Origin: a virus
Lineage: Duplodnaviria; Caudoviricetes
IMG/VR virus record: IMGVR_UViG_3300017761_002137
Span: 1-29,318 of that record
Strand: one strand, 5' to 3'
DNA length: 29,318 bases
Below the pieces are notes generated by a model, which was given only the letters and a program-made list of their open reading frames with translations, made no database searches and had not been told where the DNA came from. Made by a program: the position numbers and the translations under genes. This document shows, piece by piece, positions 1-10,610 of this stretch (within the stretch, counting starts at the first letter, position 1; each line of letters begins with the position of its first letter).

Positions 1-3000
1 AACCTCGCTGGTGGAGCAACAGATGCCGGAAGGGTCTTGAGAGGAAAGCGTGAATACGACATTGATGGGTATAAAACACTTGAGACTGAACACGATTCTA
101 AAGTTGAAAGAACAGCGGCCACATTGTTTGGAACAGGCAAGCCAAGCCAACAACAAATCGCTGTTGTTGATGCCGCTATTAAAGCATCAGAAGATACGCC
201 TATCGGAGAACCAGGAGATATTGCTGGCGAAATTGAAAAGGTTGAGAAAAGAACTGGCCGAAATGTCATCAAGAAAATTGAAGGCAAGATTAAAGAATCA
301 ACTGAACCAAAGAAAGAAGAGCTTCTTATTTCATTTGAGAATTTAGATGCAGATAAAAAAATCAAAGGAATTACGCTTAAATATAATCCACAGAAGGTAA
401 ACGTAGCCAAAAACATTAAAGATTTCATTATCGGCAAGATGGTTGACTATAGGAAAACGCTTATTAACCAAGGCGCAAGCGGACTTGAATCTACATTCTG
501 GCAGACGATGAGTAACAATGAGAATAAACCTGGCCCACTTGGGGAAATTGATCAGGCGCAAAACAACGAACTTGCAAAGATTGTTCAGAAGACGCTGATT
601 GATCTTGGACTCAAAGGTGAACCCCCTAATACCAAGATGACAGACATTGAGAAGGTTGCATCTATTTTGAACAAGCAGAAGTTGAGTGATGAGAAAAGAC
701 TTGAAGCTGATAGCAGGATTGTTGAGGAAATTGAACGCAGAAGAGAAAGTGATCTTGCGTCTGGTTATACGCCGGAAGTTGTAAACGCAAAGTATGACAT
801 TATTCTTGATGCGTGGAATCAATCAATGAGCAGACAGCTTAATATGCCTGTTAGTGACAATATGCTTCAGCGTCTAATTAGTTCCGAACTAAAAGAGCAA
901 AACATAAATATTAGCAATTTAATTGAAGAGGCTGACGGAAAAGTAGTAGTAAAAACAAAACAAGGAATTGTTGATTCTATTATTCGTAAAATTTACGGAG
1001 TATCCAAAGAGTTTGAAACGGGAATAGAGATGGATGAAAACTACGATGGTCTTAAAAGCTATTTGGAACAATCCATTGATAATATGTATGCGCGGCAAAT
1101 TGAAAAGAAGAATGCCGCATATGCAAAGCGCCAGGCTAAAATATCATTGCGTAACAATGTTGAAGGGCAGGCTCAGTCCATTGTTGATCAACTGGCAAAT
1201 CAATTGTCCGATACTCCAGTATTCCCAGAAAAACAAGAGAATCAAGTTAAGGCTATTGTTCAACAAGACTTGAGGCAGAGGCCGGACATGAATCGCAAGC
1301 AACCATGGACAAGCCAGCTTACAGCTAAACTCATGCAGGCAGGCGTAAGCGAAGCACAGGCCCAAACAATCTCTGACCTCGTATGGAGACAGCATGAGAT
1401 CAAGACAATGGATCGTGAGCTTAAAGAGCTTGAGACGGCAGCAGAGAAGGGTTCTCTTGCAGTCATTATCCAACGCATCAAAGATACGCCACTTGAGGAT
1501 CAACAGAAGCCGGAATGGATGCAGGGCGTAATTCGTGAATACCTGATTGAAGCAGGGTTATCAAGCCAAGCCGCAGATACCGCTGCAAGGCTATATGAGA
1601 GCGTTATTGCTGAAAGGTTCGCAGAAGCCAAGCAGAAGGCATTTGAAGACACTCTGGCTAAGTCTGCACCATGGAATAACTATCTTTCCAGAAATGCTCA
1701 ACTTGGTAAGAATGCGCTGAAGAAGATTCAAGACGCAATCAGAACCGGAGTTCTTGATCCAACTCAAACCACAGAAGGCATCATTGCAAAAGAAAATGGG
1801 TGGTCTGGATTTAGTAAGGAACAACTTACGCGCATTGTTCAGTTGGATGGAATTCTTTCTGATAAAAATTCGGATGAGGTTACTAAAGCAGAAACGATAT
1901 CTGAACTTAACAAGATTATCGTTAAGGCAAAGATGCCAGTTAGGTTCAAGGATGCAATTGGTGCTTACTATGTAGCACAAGCCCTCATGGGTATTCCAAC
2001 GCTTTTAGTTAACATTGTTTCTCCAGTTGGTTTTTCTGTGCGTAATATGATTACTGACATTGGTAAGTATGCCTTTACTGAACCATCTCGTATCCCAATG
2101 GCATTTGAAACATTCTTGGATAGTATGAAATCTTGGTATAACCAGTCATCGTATGCATTCAGAAACCAAATTTACATGAATGATGTCGTTGAATATTTGC
2201 AAGGGCAAAATGTCCTTCGTGAGTTATTTGACAAGGGAAAAGATCAATGGGCTAAAGGTGACTATGCTAACGGAATGGCAAACATGCTTGTTGGTATGAC
2301 ACAAATTACTGGGCGCGTTCTTTCTTCTCTTGATCAAGGTGCTATCTCTGCTTTGGAAAATCAAAACATTACTCGTTACGCAATGGAGGCAATGAAGCAA
2401 AACAATATTCCGCAGAATAAGCGCAAGGAGTTTGCAAACATGATTCTTCATATGCGTAGGCAGACATACAAGGAGAATGTTTCAAATGGTATGGCGGGTG
2501 ATCGTGCTGGGGTTTTAGCTGATCTTGCTGTCCGTAATGAGATTGTAGCTGGACTTTCTGAATTGGGAATAAAAGATAAGGTATTAGAATCGGCAATTAA
2601 TGATGCGCTTCAGACCGTTGGAAGAAACAAAACGATTGATATAGACAGTCTTTCTGGGACAACGAAAAAGCTTTCTGATGAAGGCATACTTTCTTATTGG
2701 CCAATTTCATTCCTTGAAAAGATTGCAAGTGGTGCAGCTAAAGAAGGGCCAGGCATGCAGATATTTTCAAAGATGCTTTATGGATTTGCACTTGTTCCTG
2801 CCAGAGTGTTCCATACAACAGCATGGTATTCTCCATATGGGTTTGTTCGTCTTGCAGTTGATAAGTATAAGAAAAACAAAGGCGAAGATTCTCCATATGC
2901 AATGAGTCTTCAGACTGAACTTCAATACAAGCAAAGACTTACAGAAACAATTGCTGGCTCTATCGTTATGCTGGGACTCGCTGCACTTGTAGAAAGTTCT

Positions 3001-3954
3001 ACTGATGATGACGAAGAGAAAAAGTTTAAAATTGTTATTACTGGAAATGGGCCAAGTTATAGTGGTGATAAGCAATACTATGATGCTTGGAACAAGAAAT
3101 ATAAACCATACAGTCTTCACATTGTAATGGGTGATACGATTATCCCAATCAACATTGGAAGAGGCGGTGAAGCATTGTTTTTCCCAATAATGTTGGCAGG
3201 AGCATTGGATGACTGGAAAATTAAAGAAAAGCTTAACCTCGCCAAAAAAGAACCTAAAGAACTTAACCTTGCAGTAGAGGCATTGGGTTCAGCGTTCTTT
3301 GCATTAGCCCAAAGAGGCCCATATGCTGCATTCAGTAAACCTTTATTTGATGCAACCAAAGACGGAAAGATTACTGAAGAGCTTGTTGGCCAAGCCGGAT
3401 TCTTTGGTAAAACATTTATTCCAATTATTGGCTCTTCTCTATCAAGGAACATTTCCGACCTAATCAATGATCCGGTTGACAGGTCTTCATTGCAGGGGGC
3501 TATCTATGCCAACACCCCTATTGTTGGCCCGTGGATAGGCACTAAGGCTCTTAATGCCCTTGGGCAACCCATGAGGGCGGATGACTGGGGAGACAAGCTA
3601 TTTAAGCTTGGTGTGCCAGTAGTATTCTCATTCCCTAAAAATACTCCAGAAAATGAACTCAATGAGTTGATCCTAAAGAAAGGTAGCGGCCCATCTATTC
3701 CTACAAGAAGTAATGCACAGAAGCGTTTCGGAGATGTATTGACTGACAAGGAATTTGAAACATATGTCCGTGAGTATGGAAGGGTTGTATCAGACAAGAT
3801 GTTCAAGAATAGAAAGAAACTTGAAAGTATGTCCGTAAAGAACTATGATGACGAACTTGAAGGATATGTTAGAGGATATTCAATTGGTGATACTAAAATC
3901 ACAGGTGCTGCTGACATGGCTGTTCGTGCAGTCAAACGATCAAGGAACGAATGA
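1..3954 (+). CDS. Giant internal virion / DNA-ejection-like protein (5'-truncated)
   Basis: Frame is open from base 1, so the TTG at 37 is probably not the true start. >1300 aa, helical, with hydrophobic segments in the C-terminal half and an 'NALGQPM' type C-terminal region as in large podovirus internal proteins. Function inferred from size, composition and context. Confidence 0.6.
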   Translation, partial: NLAGGATDAGRVLRGKREYDIDGYKTLETEHDSKVERTAATLFGTGKPSQQQIAVVDAAIKASEDTPIGEPGDIAGEIEKVEKRTGRNVIKKIEGKIKESTEPKKEELLISFENLDADKKIKGITLKYNPQKVNVAKNIKDFIIGKMVDYRKTLINQGASGLESTFWQTMSNNENKPGPLGEIDQAQNNELAKIVQKTLIDLGLKGEPPNTKMTDIEKVASILNKQKLSDEKRLEADSRIVEEIERRRESDLASGYTPEVVNAKYDIILDAWNQSMSRQLNMPVSDNMLQRLISSELKEQNINISNLIEEADGKVVVKTKQGIVDSIIRKIYGVSKEFETGIEMDENYDGLKSYLEQSIDNMYARQIEKKNAAYAKRQAKISLRNNVEGQAQSIVDQLANQLSDTPVFPEKQENQVKAIVQQDLRQRPDMNRKQPWTSQLTAKLMQAGVSEAQAQTISDLVWRQHEIKTMDRELKELETAAEKGSLAVIIQRIKDTPLEDQQKPEWMQGVIREYLIEAGLSSQAADTAARLYESVIAERFAEAKQKAFEDTLAKSAPWNNYLSRNAQLGKNALKKIQDAIRTGVLDPTQTTEGIIAKENGWSGFSKEQLTRIVQLDGILSDKNSDEVTKAETISELNKIIVKAKMPVRFKDAIGAYYVAQALMGIPTLLVNIVSPVGFSVRNMITDIGKYAFTEPSRIPMAFETFLDSMKSWYNQSSYAFRNQIYMNDVVEYLQGQNVLRELFDKGKDQWAKGDYANGMANMLVGMTQITGRVLSSLDQGAISALENQNITRYAMEAMKQNNIPQNKRKEFANMILHMRRQTYKENVSNGMAGDRAGVLADLAVRNEIVAGLSELGIKDKVLESAINDALQTVGRNKTIDIDSLSGTTKKLSDEGILSYWPISFLEKIASGAAKEGPGMQIFSKMLYGFALVPARVFHTTAWYSPYGFVRLAVDKYKKNKGEDSPYAMSLQTELQYKQRLTETIAGSIVMLGLAALVESSTDDDEEKKFKIVITGNGPSYSGDKQYYDAWNKKYKPYSLHIVMGDTIIPINIGRGGEALFFPIMLAGALDDWKIKEKLNLAKKEPKELNLAVEALGSAFFALAQRGPYAAFSKPLFDATKDGKITEELVGQAGFFGKTFIPIIGSSLSRNISDLINDPVDRSSLQGAIYANTPIVGPWIGTKALNALGQPMRADDWGDKLFKLGVPVVFSFPKNTPENELNELILKKGSGPSIPTRSNAQKRFGDVLTDKEFETYVREYGRVVSDKMFKNRKKLESMSVKNYDDELEGYVRGYSIGDTKITGAADMAVRAVKRSRNE

Positions 3955-4583
3955 TTGAATACGAATATATTGATAGGTCTACATCTCCTCCTGGCAACTG
4001 GAACATAAAGGTTCCTCAAACCGGAGTTGTTTTTAATCATTACGATTACAGGTCTATTTGCAATTCATACAAAAACCATTGTGCGGCTAATGGAATATTC
4101 CTTACGCCAACATGGGAGGATGAGTTTATCTCTGAAATGTGTAAGCAAAACACAAAGTGGGGAAGGTTATGCGGAAGGATTAGTATGAAGAAAATACACA
4201 GAAGAAGACTTTCACTTACATCAGTTTTGTCATTCTTGAATATGATGAAAGCATGGGCGCAATCTACCTTGTCCGGTAAAAGTGCATTTGTAACGCAGGC
4301 TGAAGCCGAAGAGAGGGCTTCTGTGTGTGCTGATTGTCCAATGAATGTTACGCTTCAGTTTTCATGTGGTGCGTGTATGGGCGCGGTTATGACACTAATG
4401 AGTTCTATTATTGGGAACAAAAAAACAGAGAGAGACAAAGACCTTGGGGCTTGTCTTGTGTGCAGTTGCTCATTGAAGGCAGCGGTTCATGTTCCCGTTG
4501 ATGTGCAGCGAGAAGGATTAACTGATGAGATTAAAGAAGACTTTGATAAAATTGAACATTGCTGGAAAAAAATAAGAAAATAA
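3951..4583 (+). CDS. Cys-rich putative Zn-binding phage protein
   Basis: ATGA overlap with the upstream gene; CxxC clusters (ERASVCADCP, CGAC, CLVCSC, CWK). Confidence 0.6.
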   Translation: MIEYEYIDRSTSPPGNWNIKVPQTGVVFNHYDYRSICNSYKNHCAANGIFLTPTWEDEFISEMCKQNTKWGRLCGRISMKKIHRRRLSLTSVLSFLNMMKAWAQSTLSGKSAFVTQAEAEERASVCADCPMNVTLQFSCGACMGAVMTLMSSIIGNKKTERDKDLGACLVCSCSLKAAVHVPVDVQREGLTDEIKEDFDKIEHCWKKIRK

Positions 4584-4667
4584 ACTTTTTACATGAGAGA
4601 AACTTTGGAATGATAAGGCTGTTAAGGCAGTTGGGTTTTTATTGAAATGGTTTTATGCAAGGTTTGA

Positions 4668-6461
4668 TTAGTAAATAGAACGGAATTTACTGAACGCTTG
4701 TTTCCATCCGCCGCTCGTTATCTTATTGTTCGTATTTAACGCCTTTGTTGCTTGAGAGCTATCAAGGTTCAATCTTTCCCTTGCGAGAGCCAGCAGGCCC
4801 ATCCCAGCGTCAGCAATGTCCGGTGAGATACCAAACCTTGATTTCATTTCAGACTTTGGCAGAACTTTGATGCGAAGTGCCAGGTTCTTCTCTCCATTTG
4901 GATCAAGTTTCCTCATACACATTTCCCGCAGCAACTCATCTCCAATTCCCTTAACCTGCCCTGTCCTCATATATTCTTTTGCTGAATACCAAATTTCCGA
5001 TACGGAGTTAACATACCTTTCGTGAGATGGCGTTGGATCATAGGCTGAAACTGGATTATCAGATGCTCGTCCACCAAACTGAAGACCATATACATCTTTT
5101 GACCATGCTACCGAGATAAAATCTCCCAATGGCCCACCAGCACCGGACTTATCATACCCAGCATTTTTTGGTTGAACCCCCCGTGACACACATTCATTTC
5201 TGAACCATTGCACTACTTGCTGTGATCTTGTCAGTGATTTGTCTGTAACATCCTCACTGAACACAAGAAACTCGTCATACTGAAGACCTCGATATCCGTG
5301 GGGTTCCGCCAGCTTACCAACAGTACCAAAGTATAGAACGGTTCGATCTCCTCCATTTGTAAACGAAGGATCAAGGAATGCTACTTTTGTTTTGTCATTA
5401 TCCAGCCATATTGCTTTTTCGGTAGCCTTAGAATTCAAGATTTCTACCTCGGAGTAAATTTGATCGGTGATTCCTGCTGGACACCAGAATCCCCGATACA
5501 TTCTCCAGAATGAAGAGGTGTTCTTAGCATCCTCTGGAATTTTCTCAAAGTCTGCTGGCCCTTCCATCCATGAGTAAATTTTCTTTCTTGCGACCATGTT
5601 AGGATTCTTCAATCCATCAAAGTGTAGACACACTCCACGATCTGTTTTCCATTCCTGATCGTCCACATCAATTGAATCCCATCCCTCTTTGGGCTTGGCA
5701 AACTTACCGAAAGCATCAACATACGAGGCAGGGTTTGAAATACCAATAAACTGAAAGTGTTCGCAACCTTTAGACAAGTTGAAGAACGCAACTTCAGTAA
5801 TAGCCTCGGATAACTCTGACAACTCATCAGCCACAAAGATTACATTCTTATTGTGGATACCCTGCATCTTACCAGTAGCATCACGCTCTTTCTTCTTTTC
5901 GCCAGGGATCAGTACAATACCGGAAAGGTCTGATCGCTTTCCATCTCGACCTACATAGCTGATCTTGTTTTCAGAATCAACAAGATGCCCAGGCAGTCCA
6001 AGTTGTTCACAAACCCCCCAGTATCGAGTAATCTTACCCCAAATACGCTGCTTTGATGCCTTGATGGTAGTTGATGTTGCAAGGACTGTGGTGTTCTCTG
6101 GATCGGCAAGGTAGTTGACGATAGCCCATATTGCGTACGCTTCTGATTTACCGCAACCACCGGAACCAGCTATTGCAAGATACTCATGTTCACACGCTGC
6201 ACGAATCATTTGTTCAGCCCAAGGATGCCAAATAAAATGGACTGTGGCTTTAGTGTCACGCTCTGGCCAGAATGCTCTGGCTATTCTTTGGAAGTGATGG
6301 AATGTATCAACATCACCAGTGTCCTTCGGAATCCTTTTCGTTATCTTCTCTCGGAACATAGCCAACTCAATAGCTATTTGGTGTGTGTTTTTTCGCCAGT
6401 TAAACCCATATTGGTGCAGGTAGCCTTCAATGGGATCGCCAAAAATCGGAACAGAATTCAT
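4668..6461 (-). CDS. terL: Terminase large subunit
   Basis: Walker A GSGGCGKS, Walker B IFVADE, coupling motif ISNP, RNase H-like nuclease acidic motifs FLDPS..GGDRTV, YDKSG and SPDIADA. ATG at 6461 preferred over TTG at 6464. Confidence 0.9.
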   Translation of the reverse strand: MNSVPIFGDPIEGYLHQYGFNWRKNTHQIAIELAMFREKITKRIPKDTGDVDTFHHFQRIARAFWPERDTKATVHFIWHPWAEQMIRAACEHEYLAIAGSGGCGKSEAYAIWAIVNYLADPENTTVLATSTTIKASKQRIWGKITRYWGVCEQLGLPGHLVDSENKISYVGRDGKRSDLSGIVLIPGEKKKERDATGKMQGIHNKNVIFVADELSELSEAITEVAFFNLSKGCEHFQFIGISNPASYVDAFGKFAKPKEGWDSIDVDDQEWKTDRGVCLHFDGLKNPNMVARKKIYSWMEGPADFEKIPEDAKNTSSFWRMYRGFWCPAGITDQIYSEVEILNSKATEKAIWLDNDKTKVAFLDPSFTNGGDRTVLYFGTVGKLAEPHGYRGLQYDEFLVFSEDVTDKSLTRSQQVVQWFRNECVSRGVQPKNAGYDKSGAGGPLGDFISVAWSKDVYGLQFGGRASDNPVSAYDPTPSHERYVNSVSEIWYSAKEYMRTGQVKGIGDELLREMCMRKLDPNGEKNLALRIKVLPKSEMKSRFGISPDIADAGMGLLALARERLNLDSSQATKALNTNNKITSGGWKQAFSKFRSIY

Positions 6462-6468
6462 CAAAAAA

Positions 6469-6496
6469 AGATTACAATAAATTTGAATTATCGCAA
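6469..6496 (-). promoter_or_regulatory. Sigma70-like promoter for terL
   Basis: Minus strand TTGCGA-N16-TAATCT, 7 nt upstream of the ATG at 6461. Confidence 0.55.
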
Positions 6497-6503
6497 ATAG
6501 TTA

Positions 6504-6531
6504 TTGCAATAAAGTTGGTATCTGTTAATTT
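6504..6531 (+). promoter_or_regulatory. Sigma70-like promoter for the head operon
   Basis: TTGCAA-N16-TAATTT with extended -10 TGn, 9 nt before ATG 6541. Confidence 0.55.
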
Positions 6532-6540
6532 TGCTGGGAC

Positions 6541-6897
6541 ATGACATTCTTACAAGAGTTAGGGCTTCAAAAAACAAAGTCAGAGATTTTCATTGACAAT
6601 AAGCGACCAGACATTGACTTTAATATTATTGTAACACCAGAAGATTATGCTAATGGAAATAAACACAATCCTACTAAATCTCCGCTTGCTCTCGCTACAT
6701 CAAGGGCAATTGAGGGAAGTGGATTCGTGTTGGATCGGGCAGGCTTTAAAGTTATCATTATTTCTCGCGGTATTTATGAGTATGGTTTCTTTATGCCTCG
6801 GAGGGTGTGGCGGAAGGTGAATTGCCAAGAGTTCGTGGATGAGTGTTCTCCAATGCACTCAATAAAATTCAAGGCAACATTCACAATGCTATTTTAA
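6541..6897 (+). CDS. Hypothetical phage protein
   Basis: 118-aa ORF heading the operon, 1-nt gap to the next gene; contains VTPEDYANG...SPLALA. Confidence 0.6.
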   Translation: MTFLQELGLQKTKSEIFIDNKRPDIDFNIIVTPEDYANGNKHNPTKSPLALATSRAIEGSGFVLDRAGFKVIIISRGIYEYGFFMPRRVWRKVNCQEFVDECSPMHSIKFKATFTMLF

Positions 6898-6898
6898 T

Positions 6899-7849
6899 AT
6901 GAAGCTAACAATACCAGTATCAAGGCATGATCGTTGCCTAATCCCAAACCTCGTTAAGTCCCTTGAATCCTTTAAGCCTGGCACAGACCATGAGCTTATT
7001 ATCTTTGGATCACGCGAAGTTGAGCAAGATGTTTTGGAACTTGAAAAGAAAATCAAGCATCTGTTTGTTTCTTCTGAAACATTGATCATTAATGATACGA
7101 TGTTGGGATGGCCAATGTCATGCAACTTTTACTTCCAGCAGTTATGCAAACATATTTCCGGTAAGAAAGACACTGATGCATTTATGTGGTTTGAGCTTGA
7201 TACCACAATTATTAAGCCTAATTGGTTAGACATAATTTCTGATGAATACTATGCGGATACAACAAAGGCAATTAAGGAAAAGCGCCTACCATCTATTTAC
7301 CTTGGCACAAGAGAGCGTGTATATGAGGGGAAGGCTGGCGAGCTACTGCCGGAATCGCTTGCTGGACAACGTATGGCTCCAATTGGAGTGTATTCCAAGG
7401 AGATATGCCTTTCTCCTGTATTGAATTCTTTGTCTCTTACGAACAGACATTGGACGCATGTTATCCAATGGTATGTTGTTAAAAGATTAAAAAACTCTCA
7501 ATTAATTCAAAACAACTGGCGTACAAAAAACTATCGCCATGAACAAGAAAACATTGTATGTGATTCGGATGCCAACTTGGCTTGGGGCATTCATTGGAAT
7601 AATCCATTGAATGATAACGCTGTTCTTGTACATGGGTGTAAGGATAGTTCACTCTTCAAGTTATTGTTGGACAATAATAATAACGATATGAAAATGATAA
7701 AGAACTTGTCGGTTGAGGATGCGGAAGACATTGTGGATGATCTTGAAGATGTTTCGGATTTGGACGCAGAAAAACAAACGAAGATATATAAGCAACGCGC
7801 ATCTAACCTAAAGTTCCTCAAGAAAAACAAAAAGGAAACTGAAGAATGA
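6899..7849 (+). CDS. Putative GT-A fold glycosyltransferase
   Basis: GT2-like N-terminus (LTIPV...LVKSL...HELIIF), DxD-like WFELDT, late LVHGCKD motif; acidic/basic C-terminal tail. Confidence 0.5.
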   Translation: MKLTIPVSRHDRCLIPNLVKSLESFKPGTDHELIIFGSREVEQDVLELEKKIKHLFVSSETLIINDTMLGWPMSCNFYFQQLCKHISGKKDTDAFMWFELDTTIIKPNWLDIISDEYYADTTKAIKEKRLPSIYLGTRERVYEGKAGELLPESLAGQRMAPIGVYSKEICLSPVLNSLSLTNRHWTHVIQWYVVKRLKNSQLIQNNWRTKNYRHEQENIVCDSDANLAWGIHWNNPLNDNAVLVHGCKDSSLFKLLLDNNNNDMKMIKNLSVEDAEDIVDDLEDVSDLDAEKQTKIYKQRASNLKFLKKNKKETEE

Positions 7850-10152
7850 GCGATGCATTAGAAACACTTTCAAAAGAAGGAACACCTCCAACGTCGAGGA
7901 TAAAAGACGCAAGATCAGCCTATGAGATTTGGGAGACACTACGACGAGCGGATGCCGTTTCGTCTTTTGACCGCAGTAAGATTGATGCTGCGTATGATAA
8001 CGAAAGACCATACGACGAAAGGGCATTGATCAATGCAGGGCAGTCATACAGGGTCAATGTATCTTGGGGGTTTGCAAAGCAGGTTCTTGATACTGCAATG
8101 GCCGGATACACCGACATTATCAATGCGCCGCAAACATTCTTTTCTTGCCCTACACTTTACGGGACACAGACAGAGAATGACGAGTTGTCTCAAGTTGTGG
8201 CTCAAGAGGTAACTGCCGCCATCCGGTCTTGGCGCAATTTCTTTCCGACATACCTCAAGCTTTGCAATAGCTTTATTAAGCATGGTGTTGGAGTTGTGAT
8301 GTTCAACGATGAGTGGGATTGGCGTTGGAAGTCCACAGATATGTCGGATTTCAAAATCCCTCGTAAAACAGAGATTGGTCAGGATAACATCGATGTAGCT
8401 GCTTGCTTGCGTTTCTATAGCCCCACACAGCTTTATCAGCTTATCAAGGATGAAGAGACAGCAAAAATCCACGGGTTCAATATTGAGGCTTGTCGCAGGT
8501 CAATTATCCAGTCCGTAAACAATAACAACAACTACTCTAACTTTAGGCAATACGATTGGGAGAAGTTGGAGACGGAACTTAGGAATAATGATTTGTTCTT
8601 TACAACGCAGGCTGCAAACCAGCAGTCAATTCGCGTAGTTCATTTGTGGGTAACTGAATTTGACAATCGTGTATCGCATTACATGATTAACGACGATAAC
8701 TCTGTTCAAGATTTTTTATTCAAGAAAGTTGGCAGGTTTGAAAATAGCTATCAGGCATACACAGTATTTACCTATGGCGTTGGAACAAACGGATATTATC
8801 ATGGAGTTCGCGGCCAAGGATATGATGTCTTTGCAATCAATGGTGCTTTGAATCGCGCATACTGCTCATTGCTTGAGATTGCATCGTTTGGTTCTGCGCC
8901 AACATTCCAACCTAAAGATGAGACTGCATTGCAAGAGATGCAGTTTATCCCAAATGGAATCTATAATTTGCTTTCGCCAGGAATTGAGGTCATTAAGGAT
9001 ACTATAATTCCTAATGTTTCCAGCGGAACCCTGCCAATTGTGAGTGCATTCACTCAACTCTTCCGTGAAAGAACGGCAAGTTATAATACGGAATCTTTGG
9101 TAAACACTTCGGTTGAGAAGTCCGCTACACAAGTACGCGCTGAACTTAGCAATATTGCTAAAATGAGCGTGTCAAGTTTGAACCTTTTCTTTGATCCATG
9201 GGAATCACTAATGCGAGAAATGGTGCGTAGACTTAAACGCAAGGACTATGATGCCCGTGAACCTGGAGGTAAGCAGGTAATTGAGCTTCATAAGCGTCTT
9301 CTCCGTAGGGGTTCTGAATCGTTTGGTGCGAAGGATAGATACCTACAAGCCTTCTTTGACCTTGATGTGGATAGGTTGCGGATTACAAAGCCAGTAGGAG
9401 CCGGATCAGAGGCTGCTCGCATGGTTTCCTTTGATCGCCTTATGGGAATATTTGGTAGCCTTCCAGACTTTGGTAAGCAAAACCTTATTTGGGATATTGC
9501 TTCCGAAACAGCAGGGTATGAGAATGCTGCTCGTTATGCCATTCAGCCAGGTGACTCTGAGCGTCCTACTATTGATGCATCCATCGCACAAATTGAGAAC
9601 AATCAACTAATTGCAGGCAGCAATATACAAGTTCTTGATGGTCAGAACAACCTTGTTCACGCCAAGGTTCATGTTGAGGCACTTAATCCTTTGGTTACTC
9701 AAGCGCAAGAATTGCTTGAACTTGATCCAATGCAACTGGCTCCAATGCTTGGCGGTATCAATGCTCTTAATGCCCATGTAGCACAGCATGTTGAATTGCT
9801 ATCTCAAGACCCGCAAATGCGTAGTGAGTCGGCAATGTTCCGTCAGGTTCTTCAGAACGCAGACGAGATTCTCCACAATGGCACTCTGAAAGTTCAGAAG
9901 CTTATGGCTCAACAGCAACAGCAAACGATGATGCAAGGTGGAGCAGAACCAGAGCAGACTCAACCTCAAATTGATCCTGCGGTCTTGGCAAAGATTGATT
10001 CTGAAAGATCAATCCGGCAAGCAAAGCTTGAAATGGATATGCAGACACACCAGCAAAAAATGGTTATGAGACAACAAGAAGCATCGCAAAAATTAGCATT
10101 GAGAGATGCCGAGGTTGCAAGTAAAATTCAAACACAAGGAGTTAGGGTATGA
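7846..10152 (+). CDS. Portal protein
   Basis: 768 aa, lies between terminase and scaffold/capsid genes; helical with a Q/M-rich C-terminal barrel-like tail as in P22-like portals. Confidence 0.75.
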   Translation: MSDALETLSKEGTPPTSRIKDARSAYEIWETLRRADAVSSFDRSKIDAAYDNERPYDERALINAGQSYRVNVSWGFAKQVLDTAMAGYTDIINAPQTFFSCPTLYGTQTENDELSQVVAQEVTAAIRSWRNFFPTYLKLCNSFIKHGVGVVMFNDEWDWRWKSTDMSDFKIPRKTEIGQDNIDVAACLRFYSPTQLYQLIKDEETAKIHGFNIEACRRSIIQSVNNNNNYSNFRQYDWEKLETELRNNDLFFTTQAANQQSIRVVHLWVTEFDNRVSHYMINDDNSVQDFLFKKVGRFENSYQAYTVFTYGVGTNGYYHGVRGQGYDVFAINGALNRAYCSLLEIASFGSAPTFQPKDETALQEMQFIPNGIYNLLSPGIEVIKDTIIPNVSSGTLPIVSAFTQLFRERTASYNTESLVNTSVEKSATQVRAELSNIAKMSVSSLNLFFDPWESLMREMVRRLKRKDYDAREPGGKQVIELHKRLLRRGSESFGAKDRYLQAFFDLDVDRLRITKPVGAGSEAARMVSFDRLMGIFGSLPDFGKQNLIWDIASETAGYENAARYAIQPGDSERPTIDASIAQIENNQLIAGSNIQVLDGQNNLVHAKVHVEALNPLVTQAQELLELDPMQLAPMLGGINALNAHVAQHVELLSQDPQMRSESAMFRQVLQNADEILHNGTLKVQKLMAQQQQQTMMQGGAEPEQTQPQIDPAVLAKIDSERSIRQAKLEMDMQTHQQKMVMRQQEASQKLALRDAEVASKIQTQGVRV

Positions 10153-10487
10153 CACAAAGGCAGCTATTTCAACTAAATTCAGACAAGGTATCAATGCTTG
10201 AATCATTATTGCAGATGCCGATATTTAAGGAGGCAGTTACCATAGTAAGGCAAGAATGTTCACCTAAAGCACCAACGGACATTGAAGCAGCTAAGTCAAT
10301 TGGGGCCGAAGAATTTGTTAACAAGTTAACTCTTTTAACAAGAGTGAACCAAAAGAAGTTGAATGATTTGGACAAAGAGTATATTGTTCAAGCGCGAAGA
10401 AAGCTTTTGTCTACTGGGCTATATACAGAAGACGAAATATTGGAGGCAGAACGCCTTTCAATGGGAACAAACAATCAACAGGAGTAA
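10149..10487 (+). CDS. Hypothetical head-module protein
   Basis: ATGA overlap with the portal gene; 112 aa. Confidence 0.65.
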   Translation: MTQRQLFQLNSDKVSMLESLLQMPIFKEAVTIVRQECSPKAPTDIEAAKSIGAEEFVNKLTLLTRVNQKKLNDLDKEYIVQARRKLLSTGLYTEDEILEAERLSMGTNNQQE

Positions 10488-10491
10488 TATT

Positions 10492-10605
10492 ATGAAAAAC
10501 AAAGAAACAGCAGTTAAAGCACCGACAACTTCCAGCAAGAAAACGAGCGTTGGAACCAAGAACAAATCTTGGGGCGACCGTCATCGTGCGGGAATCAAGA
10601 AATAA
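10492..10605 (+). CDS. Small basic protein (37 aa)
   Basis: MKNKETAVKAPTT...RAGIKK; GGAG just upstream; fills the gap between its neighbours. Confidence 0.45.
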   Translation: MKNKETAVKAPTTSSKKTSVGTKNKSWGDRHRAGIKK

Positions 10606-10610
10606 GTAAT

